From Pseudomonadota bacterium (lineage in GTDB: Bacteria; Pseudomonadota; Gammaproteobacteria; GCA-002705445; GCA-002716945), in the NCBI GenBank assembly GCA_036163455.1, contig JAYZKL010000035.1:1-61811 (forward strand): 61,811 nt of DNA, read 5' to 3'. The translations under genes and the position numbers were made by a program. Numbering within the stretch: position 1 is the stretch's first letter; every line of letters begins with the position of its first letter. The notes under the pieces are model-generated. The model made no database searches. It had not been told where the DNA came from and saw only the letters and a list, made by a program, of their open reading frames with translations. Below are positions 39,418-49,526 of this stretch, piece after piece.

Positions 39418-41075
39418 TTATCTTCCTTAGGTTTGAGAATAAATATAAATAAAAGGGCAATCAAAATATATGGTACAGAAAAATCAAAATACATATGCAA
39501 TTTATCAAAGGAAGCAAGAAAAACTCCCATCATGGTCGGAGGAACAAGCAAGAAAAATATTGAGAAATACCAATAGTTCCTCATACTATTTTTATATATT
39601 TGCTTTTCAACTTTCTTTAATTGATTCAAATTTCTATTCAAATCAAAATTATCATTATTAATTAAATCTATGATTCTTCTAATCGAGATGGGTATCTCAG
39701 GGAAAACATCTATTAATTGAGTTGAGTTTTTTCTGAATTTTTTTATCATTGATAAAAGGCTCTTCTGGTTCTTCATCCATCTTTCCAAAATTGGCTTTGA
39801 TGTTTTCCATAAATCTAATTCGGGATTAAATTGCCTGCCTAATCCTTCTGTATATAACAATGTTTTTTGCATTAATATTAATTGTGGTTGAACTTCCAAT
39901 TTAAATTTTCTAGCGGTACTGAATAAACTAATTATTATATCGCTGATAGATATGTCCTTTATAGGGCGATCTAGCATAGGTTCACAATTTTTTCTGATAG
40001 CTTCTTCCAATTCACTAATATTTGTATTTCGTGGAACCCATTCGCATTCTACATGCAATCTTGCAACTTTTTCATAATCTCTGTTAAAAAAAGCTACAAA
40101 ATTTTCTGCTAAATATTTCTTATCAAACTCACTTAATGATCCAACAATCCCAAAGTCAACAAGCACAAATTGGACTTTATTATCAATATTTTTAACAAAA
40201 ATATTACCTGGATGCATATCAGCATGAAAAAAATTATGTTCAAAAACTTGGATAAAAAATAATTCTAGAGCTTTATTGGCTATTTCTTCAAAGTTTATGT
40301 TATTGTCACGAAGTTCTCTCTTATTATTTATAGGTGTAGCAAAAACTCTTTCCATCACCAATACATTCTTAGTAACTAAATCCCAATGGATATCTGGTAT
40401 ATATAGTAAGTCAGAATTTCTAAAATTATTCTTCATCCTCTTGGCATTAGATGCTTCTTTAATTAAATCAAGTTCATCAAAAATTATTTTTTCATAGTCA
40501 TTTACTACTTCTATTAGATGCATTCTTCTAAAATCATCAGATAATGAATTCAAGTAGGTGGCCACTCTCTTCATTAGAAGCAAATCTTTATTTATTTGTT
40601 CAACAATTCTTGGCCTTACTACCTTAACAATTACATTGTTATTATTATTTAATGTTGCTTCATGAACTTGTGCAATAGATGCAGAGGCAATAGGAACAGG
40701 ATTGAATGTAGAGAAAATAAAATCTATTTTTTTCCCCATATCATGTTCAATTATCTTAACTGCTTCATCTCCTGGAAAAGGCTTTACGCTATCTTGTAAT
40801 TTAGATAATTCTTCTGCTATATCATCTCTTAACAAATCTTTTCTGGTAGATACTATTTGCCCAAGCTTGACAAATATGGGCCCTAATTCTTCAAACAAAG
40901 TTCTTATTTTAAGTGGGATATCTTGTACATCTTTCTTCCTAAACCAGTTCCATGGAAAAAAATAAAAAAAATATACTTTTTTACTAACTAATTTAGAGTT
41001 TAACAACATTCCATCGACATCATATTTTATGGCCAAATATATAATTTGAAGGATTCTAAATAGGTTTTTTATCAT
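39414..41075 (-). CDS. ubiB: ubiquinone biosynthesis regulatory protein kinase UbiB
   Basis: ABC1/UbiB motifs: ELGPIFVKLGQIVSTRKDLL, ASIAQVH, HADMHPGNIF. Two C-terminal TM helices. The ubiE-ubiJ-ubiB order is conserved. Confidence 0.9.
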   Translation of the reverse strand: MIKNLFRILQIIYLAIKYDVDGMLLNSKLVSKKVYFFYFFPWNWFRKKDVQDIPLKIRTLFEELGPIFVKLGQIVSTRKDLLRDDIAEELSKLQDSVKPFPGDEAVKIIEHDMGKKIDFIFSTFNPVPIASASIAQVHEATLNNNNNVIVKVVRPRIVEQINKDLLLMKRVATYLNSLSDDFRRMHLIEVVNDYEKIIFDELDLIKEASNAKRMKNNFRNSDLLYIPDIHWDLVTKNVLVMERVFATPINNKRELRDNNINFEEIANKALELFFIQVFEHNFFHADMHPGNIFVKNIDNKVQFVLVDFGIVGSLSEFDKKYLAENFVAFFNRDYEKVARLHVECEWVPRNTNISELEEAIRKNCEPMLDRPIKDISISDIIISLFSTARKFKLEVQPQLILMQKTLLYTEGLGRQFNPELDLWKTSKPILERWMKNQKSLLSMIKKFRKNSTQLIDVFPEIPISIRRIIDLINNDNFDLNRNLNQLKKVEKQIYKNSMRNYWYFSIFFLLVPPTMMGVFLASFDKLHMYFDFSVPYILIALLFIFILKPKEDK

Positions 41076-41652
41076 TTGAATATTTTTTTACTAGTTTATC
41101 AGTTCTGCTCTTAAGATTATCTACATCATCTAAGAATTGATCTATATCAGACTTTGTGGGAAATAAAGCCATATCTTCTATAAAAAAATCTCTTAAATCA
41201 TTAGTAGTGTCTTCAAAAAAACTTGTAATATCCATATTAAATTTTGAAGCAATACTTTCAATTTTACTCGCCTTGTCACTTCCAACTATATTAGAAATAA
41301 TAAGATGAAATTTTTCAGATTTATGTAAAAATTCATTAATCTTATTAGCTGTATTTATATCCCCATTTATTTTAATTCTATCTGAAAATTTATCTGAACC
41401 CCTGCTAATAATATACATAAAAAAGTCTAAAGGGGTAGCAATGAATTCTACATCAAAATTTTCCTCATTATCTAAAAAAACAATTGTATTATCTCTAACT
41501 TCAAAAAATAATATTAAATCAATTCTGGATAGATTAATTTTTATCTTTTTTTGATCTATTTCGTCTAGAAAATTATCAGGAAATATTCTGTTAAATTTTT
41601 CTCCTTTAAGTATTTTATTGCAATACTCTATAAATTTTTTTGGAATTTTCAA
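41056..41652 (-). CDS. ubiJ: ubiquinone biosynthesis accessory factor UbiJ (SCP2-domain protein)
   Basis: 198 aa. The call rests mainly on its conserved position between ubiE and ubiB and on size. The sequence is weakly SCP2-like. Confidence 0.6.
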   Translation of the reverse strand: MKIPKKFIEYCNKILKGEKFNRIFPDNFLDEIDQKKIKINLSRIDLILFFEVRDNTIVFLDNEENFDVEFIATPLDFFMYIISRGSDKFSDRIKINGDINTANKINEFLHKSEKFHLIISNIVGSDKASKIESIASKFNMDITSFFEDTTNDLRDFFIEDMALFPTKSDIDQFLDDVDNLKSRTDKLVKKYSNDKKPI

Positions 41653-42389
41653 TTTTTGTATCCAATATGTATTGTGACAATACCACCATTTAGACGAATA
41701 AATTTTGTGTTAATAAAATTATTCTTTTTCATCATTTCGAGAACTTTATTTGGATGAGGGTGCATTTTAATAGATTCAGCAAGATAATTATAGCTATCAT
41801 AATCATTAACAATAATCTTACCTAACTGTGGGATTACGTTAAATGTATACTTTTGGAAAATTTTATTCATATATTCATTCTCAGGCAAACATAATTCTAA
41901 AATAACAATTTTACCTCCTGGTTTTAGAATTCTAAAAATATTTTTAAGGGAAGAATTATAATCTGTAAAATTTCTAAAACCAAATGCAATTGATGCAACA
42001 TCAAAGCTATTATCTTTCAATTTACATTTTTCTATTGTAGAACAGACATATTTAACATTTCTCACAAAACCATTATCAATCATCTTATTTTTACAAATTT
42101 TTTGCATCTCCTTGCTACTATCTAGACACGTAATAGACAAATTTCTATTCTTCCTTAGAAGTTGTAGTGATATATCACCAGTTCCAGAAGCTATATCAAT
42201 TACTTTAGAGATATTTTCTGGATTACAAATACTTACCATTCGTTTTTTCCAGATCCTATGTAAACCGAAAGACATTACATCATTCATTAAATCATATTTT
42301 TCAGAAACTGATGTAAACAGATTAGATATCATCTCATCTTTTATTTTTTTTGAAACTTTCAAAAAACCAAAATTAACTTTCTCATCCAT
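41649..42389 (-). CDS. ubiE: demethylmenaquinone / 2-methoxy-6-polyprenyl-1,4-benzoquinol methyltransferase UbiE
   Basis: YDLMNDVMSFGLHRIWK and the SAM motif VIDIASGTGD. Confidence 0.92.
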   Translation of the reverse strand: MDEKVNFGFLKVSKKIKDEMISNLFTSVSEKYDLMNDVMSFGLHRIWKKRMVSICNPENISKVIDIASGTGDISLQLLRKNRNLSITCLDSSKEMQKICKNKMIDNGFVRNVKYVCSTIEKCKLKDNSFDVASIAFGFRNFTDYNSSLKNIFRILKPGGKIVILELCLPENEYMNKIFQKYTFNVIPQLGKIIVNDYDSYNYLAESIKMHPHPNKVLEMMKKNNFINTKFIRLNGGIVTIHIGYKN

Positions 42390-42390
42390 T

Positions 42391-44553
42391 TTAACTTCTC
42401 TTTCTGGTTACATTTAGTACATTAACATTCTTTTTTAATTGAGACATTAGTTTAGACAAGGCTTTGGTATCTGTTATGGAAATTACAAATATCATTATAT
42501 TATGTCCAGTTTCTTTTGTATCATCATATGTGACACTATCGATGTTACAATCATTTTTTGCTATTATTGAGGAAATTTGTGCGAGTACACCTCTTTTATT
42601 TTCAACCTCTACTTTTATGCATACACTAAAAAAATCATCAATACTTTCGGACCAAATAAGGTCTATGTTTTGTTCTTTTGTTTTTTTTCCGTGTTTAACG
42701 CTATGACAAATTTGTCTATGCACAACTATTCCTTTCCCCTGACTAATACTTCCTATTATTGAATCACCTGGAATTGGATAACAACATTTAGCATAAGATA
42801 AAACCAGCCCCTCGGTTCCTTGGATATGAATTTCCTTAGATTTCGTTTTAAGGTTTTTTTTAATTATATTAACGGGAGCAACTCTCATCGCAACAAGTTT
42901 TGGTATCCTATTTCCTAACCCAATTTCAGAAAATAAGCCATCTAGATTACTACAACCATACTCTTGTAAAACCATTTTCATAGTTTTAGATGGTATTTCA
43001 TCAAGCTTTATCCCATATTCAGTTAAAGAGTTTTTTAGTAGTTTTTCTCCTAAATTGATAGCATCTTCTCTCTGCGTTAATTTAAGCGCTGCTCTTATTG
43101 AGTGTCTGGCTTTTTCAGTAACTACAAAGTTCAACCAACTAGGGTTTGGAAATGAGTTTTTTTTAGCAAAAATCTCAACTTTTTGCCCATTTTTTAAAAT
43201 GAAATTTGGAGAAACTACTTTATCGTCAACATTTGCGGAATGAAAGTTATTGCCAAGATCTGTGTGCACTGTATATGCAAAATCAATAATAGTAGATCTT
43301 TTTGGAAGTTCTAAAATATCCCCTTTGTGTGTAAATACATATACTTTCCCTGGATGTAAATCAGCTTTTATACTCTCCAAATATCCTTTAGGATCTCCTG
43401 AGTCTTGCTGTATGTTAAGTAAATTTGTAATCCATTGTTGTTCTTTAGTGTAATCTTGGATAGTAGAAGATTTCTTTGTTTTATAAAACCAATGTGCTGC
43501 AATCCCAGTTTGGGCTAGAAAATCCATTTCTTCCGTTCTAATTTGAAATTCAAGAGGCAAGCCATGTGGACCGAATATTGTTGTATGAAGTGACTGATAA
43601 CCATTTGATTTTGGTATTGCAATATAATCTTTGAATTTACCTGGCATAGGGGTATAAAGATTATGAATAACACCTAATGATCTATAGCAATCATCAACGG
43701 AATCAACAATTATTCTTACACCAAACAAATCATGTATATCGGAGAATTTTAATTCCTTTTGATACATTTTTTTGTAAATACCATATACATGCTTTTCTCT
43801 TGCAATGACCTTTACCTTCAGTCCTTCCCCTAATAATTTTGTTTCTATGACTTTTTTTATCTTAGTCATTACTTCTTTTCTATTACCTCGAGATTTATTA
43901 ATTTCATCCTTTAATACTTTAAATCTAAATGGGTAAATTGATTCAAAAGCCAAGTCTTCCATCTCAATTTTCATAGAATGGAGTCCTAATCTCAAAGCTA
44001 TTGGCGCAAATATTTCTAAACTCTCTTTACCTATCTTCCTTCTTCTAGAATAAGAAAGTGCATTAATAGTTTTAAGATTGTGCCTTCTATCTGCTAATTT
44101 TATCAAGATTACTCTTATATCTTGACTCATTGCTAAAATCATTTTTCTCAAATTTGCAGCATCAGCTTCTTCTTTTGTAGAAAAATTAATTTTATCCAAT
44201 TTGCTTACGCCATCGACTAAGTCAGAAACTTTATCGCCAAATTTTTTTTTAAGATTTTCTTTTTCTATCTCTGTGTCTTCAATCACATCATGTAAAATAG
44301 CTGCCATTATAGATTCATAATCTAACTGTAAGCCTGCAAGATAAGATGCAGCTGATAAAGGGTGTTCAATAAAAGCCTCTCCAGAAATTCTTTTTTGACC
44401 TTTATGGGCTGCTTGAGCAAATAAAAAAGCCTTTTCAATCTTCTTGATTTGATAAGTGTTTAGATATTTTTGAAGAAGCTTTTTGAAATCAATAAATATT
44501 TTTGCATTTATTCCAGCTGCTTTTGAGCTAGTTTTTTGATTCAGATTTCCCAT
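42391..44553 (-). CDS. spoT: bifunctional (p)ppGpp synthetase/hydrolase (RelA/SpoT homolog)
   Basis: HD hydrolase motif AAILHDVIEDT, a synthetase domain (YQSLHTT), and TGS and ACT-like C-terminal domains. It lies directly downstream of rpoZ. Confidence 0.9.
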   Translation of the reverse strand: MGNLNQKTSSKAAGINAKIFIDFKKLLQKYLNTYQIKKIEKAFLFAQAAHKGQKRISGEAFIEHPLSAASYLAGLQLDYESIMAAILHDVIEDTEIEKENLKKKFGDKVSDLVDGVSKLDKINFSTKEEADAANLRKMILAMSQDIRVILIKLADRRHNLKTINALSYSRRRKIGKESLEIFAPIALRLGLHSMKIEMEDLAFESIYPFRFKVLKDEINKSRGNRKEVMTKIKKVIETKLLGEGLKVKVIAREKHVYGIYKKMYQKELKFSDIHDLFGVRIIVDSVDDCYRSLGVIHNLYTPMPGKFKDYIAIPKSNGYQSLHTTIFGPHGLPLEFQIRTEEMDFLAQTGIAAHWFYKTKKSSTIQDYTKEQQWITNLLNIQQDSGDPKGYLESIKADLHPGKVYVFTHKGDILELPKRSTIIDFAYTVHTDLGNNFHSANVDDKVVSPNFILKNGQKVEIFAKKNSFPNPSWLNFVVTEKARHSIRAALKLTQREDAINLGEKLLKNSLTEYGIKLDEIPSKTMKMVLQEYGCSNLDGLFSEIGLGNRIPKLVAMRVAPVNIIKKNLKTKSKEIHIQGTEGLVLSYAKCCYPIPGDSIIGSISQGKGIVVHRQICHSVKHGKKTKEQNIDLIWSESIDDFFSVCIKVEVENKRGVLAQISSIIAKNDCNIDSVTYDDTKETGHNIMIFVISITDTKALSKLMSQLKKNVNVLNVTRKRS

Positions 44554-44573
44554 TGTAAAAGAACGGTGGGTTT

Positions 44574-44981
44574 TTATTCTTGTTTACCTTCTTCCTTAAC
44601 TTCGGTAGATGGCTCTTCTTCAATATTCTGGCTTTCATCAAGGCTATCATTATCTGTAGGCTCAGATGCTTCTACAGTCTTTTCCAAATCTGCTTGTTCA
44701 GCTGCTTCATATCCTTGACTAATTTCACTGATGATTTCTTCTTCTGAAATTGCATCTTGTAATTTATTATCAATTTTTTCTTTTTGACTAGTTTCGAAAT
44801 AATCCATTCCAACATGAGAGGCAGCTATCTCTCTTAGTGCCACAACTGTTGGTTTATCTTTACAATCAATTAAAGGAGTAGATCCTTCTATTAGGTCTTT
44901 TGCTCTTCTACTTGCTAATGTAACAATATCAAATGCATTATCGATATTCTCGAGACAATCCTCTATAGTAACTCTTGCCAT
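44574..44981 (-). CDS. rpoZ: DNA-directed RNA polymerase subunit omega with acidic C-terminal extension
   Basis: [30 protein letters not shown] matches the omega N-terminus. At 135 aa it carries a ~45-aa Glu/Asp-rich tail. Confidence 0.9.
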   Translation of the reverse strand: MARVTIEDCLENIDNAFDIVTLASRRAKDLIEGSTPLIDCKDKPTVVALREIAASHVGMDYFETSQKEKIDNKLQDAISEEEIISEISQGYEAAEQADLEKTVEASEPTDNDSLDESQNIEEEPSTEVKEEGKQE

Positions 44982-45041
44982 TGATTTCGCCTGTGATTAA
45001 TTATGTACATTGTAACAGAATAAAATTTTTACACAAATGCC

Positions 45042-45668
45042 TTATTTTATTGATGATATTGAGCTAAGCCATTTCTCAAAAGAGAGTAGATCAAGTTTTC
45101 TCTTCAGAATAATTAGTTTTAATTGTTTTACAGCTTTATTGAAATCATCATTCGTAACAACATAGTCTGCTTGTTTATGAAATTTTAATTCATTTTTTGA
45201 TGATTTCATCCTAGCATTAATTTCTTCAATATCATCTTCTCCCCTATTTTTTAATCTTTCTTTTAATGCCTCTTCATTTGGGGGCAAAATATATATAGAT
45301 GTAGTGTTTGGAAATTTTTTTTTAATATCTAACATTCCCTTATAGTCAATCTCAAGCAAGACGTCAAATCCAGAATCTATATCCTTACTTATTAAGTTTG
45401 ATGAGGTCCCATAATAATTTTCATATACATTTTGATATTCTATAAATTCTTTCTTTTCAACTTTTTTGTTAAATTCTTTCTCTGTGATGAAATAATAATC
45501 TAGTCCATCTTCTTCAGTTGCTCTCTTTTTTCTGGTTGTATAAGAAATTGATGGTTTGATAAATGACCAATCATCACAAAGCCTTTTTACTAGTGTTGTT
45601 TTACCGGCACCTGAAGGTGCACTAATAATAAATATATTTAAGGAATTTATAGATTTAATATTATTCAT
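45042..45668 (-). CDS. gmk: guanylate kinase
   Basis: P-loop ISAPSGAGKTTL, then SYTTRKKR..E.DG.DYYF. Confidence 0.92.
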   Translation of the reverse strand: MNNIKSINSLNIFIISAPSGAGKTTLVKRLCDDWSFIKPSISYTTRKKRATEEDGLDYYFITEKEFNKKVEKKEFIEYQNVYENYYGTSSNLISKDIDSGFDVLLEIDYKGMLDIKKKFPNTTSIYILPPNEEALKERLKNRGEDDIEEINARMKSSKNELKFHKQADYVVTNDDFNKAVKQLKLIILKRKLDLLSFEKWLSSISSIK

Positions 45669-45725
45669 AATTATAATTATCGATTATAATACACATGTGA
45701 AATATATTACACGAGGAGGAACAAA

Positions 45726-46163
45726 ATGGGCGATCCTTGGAAATCAATAACTCCTGAAGGTGTCAGAGCTTTTACATACGGGATTGGAACTACAGCACTT
45801 CTATGGTTATCTTTTGAAGGATATCTAGATATAGTATTAACTTTTCTTGTTATGATTGGCTTATCTCCTGCTTTCTCCAAGGCAATTTTTATCAGTACTA
45901 TTTTATTTTTTCTAGTTATTATGATTTTTTATGGACTGCATGGCAAATTATTTACAACTCTCATATTAGAGCATATGCCTTGGGTAAAAAATCCAGATAA
46001 ATTTCTATTATTTTTTTGGTTATGGGCAGTAGGTATTTCATCAGGAATATTGAATGTTTTTTCAGTAAATATTTTTTATCAATTTGTTTATCTTTTCTTT
46101 ATATTTCTCTTGCCGTCATTATTTCTTGGAACAAGAATACAAAAGAAGGGTGGAAATGAATAA
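45726..46163 (+). CDS. hypothetical integral membrane protein (about 4 TM)
   Basis: 145-aa ORF preceded by AGGAGGA (45714-45720). It consists of hydrophobic helices. I recognise no family. Confidence 0.5.
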   Translation: MGDPWKSITPEGVRAFTYGIGTTALLWLSFEGYLDIVLTFLVMIGLSPAFSKAIFISTILFFLVIMIFYGLHGKLFTTLILEHMPWVKNPDKFLLFFWLWAVGISSGILNVFSVNIFYQFVYLFFIFLLPSLFLGTRIQKKGGNE

Positions 46164-46168
46164 ACTCT

Positions 46169-46510
46169 CTAATCATCAAAAGTTTTTTTAGGTAATATAT
46201 CTACATTAAACACTTTCCCAAGCTTAACTAAAAAAGCAATTGCTAAAATACCACCTGGTAAAGCAAATATACCAGCTAAACCAATACTTTTAATAAGATC
46301 TGAAAATTGTTGATTTGCTTTTTTTATTGTTTCTTTATCAATATTTTCACCAGAAATATATTTTTGATAAATATTGAGCATTTCTTTTGTTTCAGCTGAT
46401 TCATTCGCTAATAAACTCTTAAGCTCTATCAACCCATCCTTGATCTTATCTTTATTTTTTGTGAACTGATTTATTAAAGAATCAAAAATTTTTGTATCTT
46501 TTGTAGTCAT
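46169..46510 (-). CDS. hypothetical tail-anchored small protein
   Basis: 113 aa. A helical, charged N-terminal part is followed by one C-terminal TM segment, GLAGIFALPGGILAIAFLV. I recognise no family. Confidence 0.45.
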   Translation of the reverse strand: MTTKDTKIFDSLINQFTKNKDKIKDGLIELKSLLANESAETKEMLNIYQKYISGENIDKETIKKANQQFSDLIKSIGLAGIFALPGGILAIAFLVKLGKVFNVDILPKKTFDD

Positions 46511-46554
46511 TATGTTTTACTTTCAATATAAATATATTATGTCTAAGATAATCT

Positions 46555-47028
46555 ATGTATAAAGTTCTATTATCAACTATATTATTTTTTTTTCCAGTAT
46601 TCATTAATGCTGGCGACATAGATAAAGGCTATCAAGCATACAATAATAAAAATTATAAAGAAGCTTATCAACACTGGATAATTCCAGCGGATGCGGGTGA
46701 CAAAATTTCTCAGTACAATATAGCTTTATTATATTTTTTTGGTAATGGAGTTAAGAAAAATTTAGAAATAGCTTTTCAATATTGTAGAAAATCAGCATTA
46801 CAAGATCTTCCTCGTGCACAAAATAATCTAGCATTTATGTATGCAGATGGACTTGGTGTTAAGCAAAATTATATATTATCATATAAATGGGCTTATCTCG
46901 CTTATATGAACGGCTATCCGTCAAATAAGCTATTAAATAAAAGCAAAAATAAATTAAACGACTCTGACTTTAAAAAAGCAAATAAACTGATAGGAAAATA
47001 TCTGAGGAGGAATAAGAATGAAAAATGA
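46555..47028 (+). CDS. secreted Sel1-repeat (SLR/TPR-like) protein
   Basis: Signal peptide. Repeats of the type A...GD..SQYNIALLYFFGNGVKKNLEIAFQY / A.QDLPRAQNNLAFMYADGLGVKQNY. Confidence 0.75.
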   Translation: MYKVLLSTILFFFPVFINAGDIDKGYQAYNNKNYKEAYQHWIIPADAGDKISQYNIALLYFFGNGVKKNLEIAFQYCRKSALQDLPRAQNNLAFMYADGLGVKQNYILSYKWAYLAYMNGYPSNKLLNKSKNKLNDSDFKKANKLIGKYLRRNKNEK

Positions 47029-47389
47029 TATATCAATTTCAGTTGAAACAATTTATTTACAACAGGATTCGGAACCTGAAAATAATAAGTATTTTTTTCT
47101 TTATACAATTTCTATACGTAATAAAGGTTCTATTGGCGCGAAATTATTATCAAGACATTGGGTTATTGAAGATTCCAATGGCAAAACCCAAGATGTTAAA
47201 GGAGAAGGTGTAGTCGGAGAACAACCACATATTACTCCTGGCGAGGAATTTCAATACACTAGTGGAGCAATGATAGAAACAGCATTAGGGACGATGAAGG
47301 GTACATATCAAATGATTGATGATAACGAACATTATTTTGATGCCGAAATACCAGAATTTATTCTATCAATACCAAGAGTTATTCACTGA
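47018..47389 (+). CDS. apaG: ApaG (DUF525) protein
   Basis: 123 aa with Y.I.I.N.G...KLLSRHW.I.D.NG....V.GEGVVGEQP.I.PGE.F.YTSG, typical of ApaG. Confidence 0.88.
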   Translation: MKNDISISVETIYLQQDSEPENNKYFFLYTISIRNKGSIGAKLLSRHWVIEDSNGKTQDVKGEGVVGEQPHITPGEEFQYTSGAMIETALGTMKGTYQMIDDNEHYFDAEIPEFILSIPRVIH

Positions 47390-47879
47390 TACGCTCATAA
47401 ATTAAATAGCTATACTTAATATTTTTCTCCTCATTAAAATTATTTTGAGTCTCTATAATTCTCCATTCTATTTCATTTATTTCAGGAAACCATGTATCGC
47501 CTTCAAAATTTTTATGAATTTTTGTTAGATATATTTTCTTTACAACGGGCAGAGCTAATTTAAAAATCTCTTCACCACCTATTACGATAATCTCTCCAAA
47601 AGATTTGAATTTGTCTACAGCATCTTCAAATTTATTAAATATGTGAGCATTTATATTTTTATAAGAAAGATTTTTTGTGAGTATGATATTTATTCTTCCC
47701 TCTAATATTTTTCCTATTGATTGATGAGTTTTTCTGCCCATTATGATTGGTTTCCCCATTGTTATTTTTTTAAATCTTTTCAATTCTCCTGGAATATGCC
47801 ATGGAAGACTGTTTTTATTACCAATTACATTTCCAGAATCCATGGCAACAATAATCGAAACTAATGGAGAGGTCTTCAT
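47379..47879 (-). CDS. folA: dihydrofolate reductase
   Basis: [50 protein letters not shown]. Confidence 0.92.
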   Translation of the reverse strand: MKTSPLVSIIVAMDSGNVIGNKNSLPWHIPGELKRFKKITMGKPIIMGRKTHQSIGKILEGRINIILTKNLSYKNINAHIFNKFEDAVDKFKSFGEIIVIGGEEIFKLALPVVKKIYLTKIHKNFEGDTWFPEINEIEWRIIETQNNFNEEKNIKYSYLIYERISE

Positions 47880-48670
47880 ACAGAAACTTTGGCCTTAATA
47901 GATTCATAAGGATTATAATTTTCTAATGAAAAATCAGAAAACTCATAATCAAAAATATTATCTTTAGAATTTATAATTTTAAGTTTCGGAAGAGGTTTTG
48001 GTTTTCTTTCTAACTGTATCTTTACTTGATCCAAATGATCTAAATAAATATGAGCATCACCAAAAGAATGTATGAATTCTCCATAGTTGAGGTTTGTGAT
48101 ATTTGCAATCATCATGGTTAGCATAGAATAAGATGCAATGTTAAAAGGTACCCCTAAAAATACATCAGCACTTCTTTGATACAGCTGGCATGATAGCTTT
48201 CCATCATAGACAAAAAACTGAAAAAGAATATGGCATGGAGGAAGTTTCATTTGATCAATTTGTCCTACATTCCATGCGGAAACAATGTGACGTCTAGAAT
48301 TGGGATTATTTTTAATGCTTTGAATAACATTTGAAATTTGATCAATACTTGTATTATTAGGCCCAGGCCAAGATCTCCATTGCGAACCATATGTTGGGCC
48401 TAAATCACCATTATGATCTGCCCACTCATCCCAAATTCTTACACCATGATCTTTCAAAAACTTTATATTAGTACTTCCCTTTAAAAACCATAGCAACTCA
48501 TATGCAACTGATTTAAAGTGAATTTTTTTTGTTGTTAATAGCGGAAATCCATCAGCAAGATTAAATTTCATCTGATGTCCAAAAATTGATATTGTCCCTG
48601 TTCCAGTTCTATCTTCTTTCTGAACTCCACTTTCTAAAATTTTAGTTAATAGTTCATGGTATTGTCTCAT
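47876..48670 (-). CDS. thyA: thymidylate synthase (ThyA)
   Basis: [11 protein letters not shown]....DRTGTGT.S.FG and the active-site LPPCH. Confidence 0.95.
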   Translation of the reverse strand: MRQYHELLTKILESGVQKEDRTGTGTISIFGHQMKFNLADGFPLLTTKKIHFKSVAYELLWFLKGSTNIKFLKDHGVRIWDEWADHNGDLGPTYGSQWRSWPGPNNTSIDQISNVIQSIKNNPNSRRHIVSAWNVGQIDQMKLPPCHILFQFFVYDGKLSCQLYQRSADVFLGVPFNIASYSMLTMMIANITNLNYGEFIHSFGDAHIYLDHLDQVKIQLERKPKPLPKLKIINSKDNIFDYEFSDFSLENYNPYESIKAKVSV

Positions 48671-49455
48671 TGTGATTTAAACCCTTTAATTGAAAAATAT
48701 AATAAAATAATACCAAATAGCATCATCGGAATACTAAGTAATTGTCCCATTGTAAACCAGTCTTGATATAAATAACCAATATGTCTATCTGGTAGACGAA
48801 CAAATTCAACTAAAAATCTAAAAATTCCATAAAAAATTAAAAATAAGGAGCTTAGTGCCATTCTGGGCAATTTAAATTTAGATAGTTTTTTCATAACAAA
48901 AAATAATAACAGACCTTCTAAAAATGCCTCATATAACATAGATGGATGTCTAGGGATTTGATCAACCATAGGAAAGATAACTCCCCAATTCCCACCTGTT
49001 GGTATTCCATATAATTCTCCATTTATGAAATTACCAATTCTTCCGAGCCCTAGAGCAATTGGTATATAAATAACAATTAAATCAGATAATTCAAAAAAGT
49101 TAAGATTCTCTTTTTTACTAAAAAAATAAAATCCAAAAATTACTCCTAATAGACCCCCATGAAACGACATTCCTCCTTCCCATAAATATAATACTTTCAA
49201 TGGGTTAGACAAATAAAAATTTAAATCATAGAATAAAACATAACCTAGCCTACCTCCAATTAACAAGGTTATTAAAGAAAATAAAAGCATATTATCAGCA
49301 ACTTTATAAGAAAAGGTTACATTTCCATTTTTCACATCTTGTTTAACCAAATAATCAATTACTAAAAATGAGATTACGTACATCATGCCATACCAATGAA
49401 TGGAAATTGACATAAAGGATATCAGTACAGGATCAATATTATGAATATAAATCAT
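48667..49455 (-). CDS. lgt: prolipoprotein diacylglyceryl transferase
   Basis: Polytopic. Motifs [25 protein letters not shown] and HPS.LYE. The lgt-thyA order matches E. coli. Confidence 0.92.
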   Translation of the reverse strand: MIYIHNIDPVLISFMSISIHWYGMMYVISFLVIDYLVKQDVKNGNVTFSYKVADNMLLFSLITLLIGGRLGYVLFYDLNFYLSNPLKVLYLWEGGMSFHGGLLGVIFGFYFFSKKENLNFFELSDLIVIYIPIALGLGRIGNFINGELYGIPTGGNWGVIFPMVDQIPRHPSMLYEAFLEGLLLFFVMKKLSKFKLPRMALSSLFLIFYGIFRFLVEFVRLPDRHIGYLYQDWFTMGQLLSIPMMLFGIILLYFSIKGFKSQ

Positions 49456-49526
49456 AGATTTCTTTTTAAATTTGAACTGTTAATTTATTTATAATAAATT
49501 ATGACCAATAGTATAACATCTAAATA

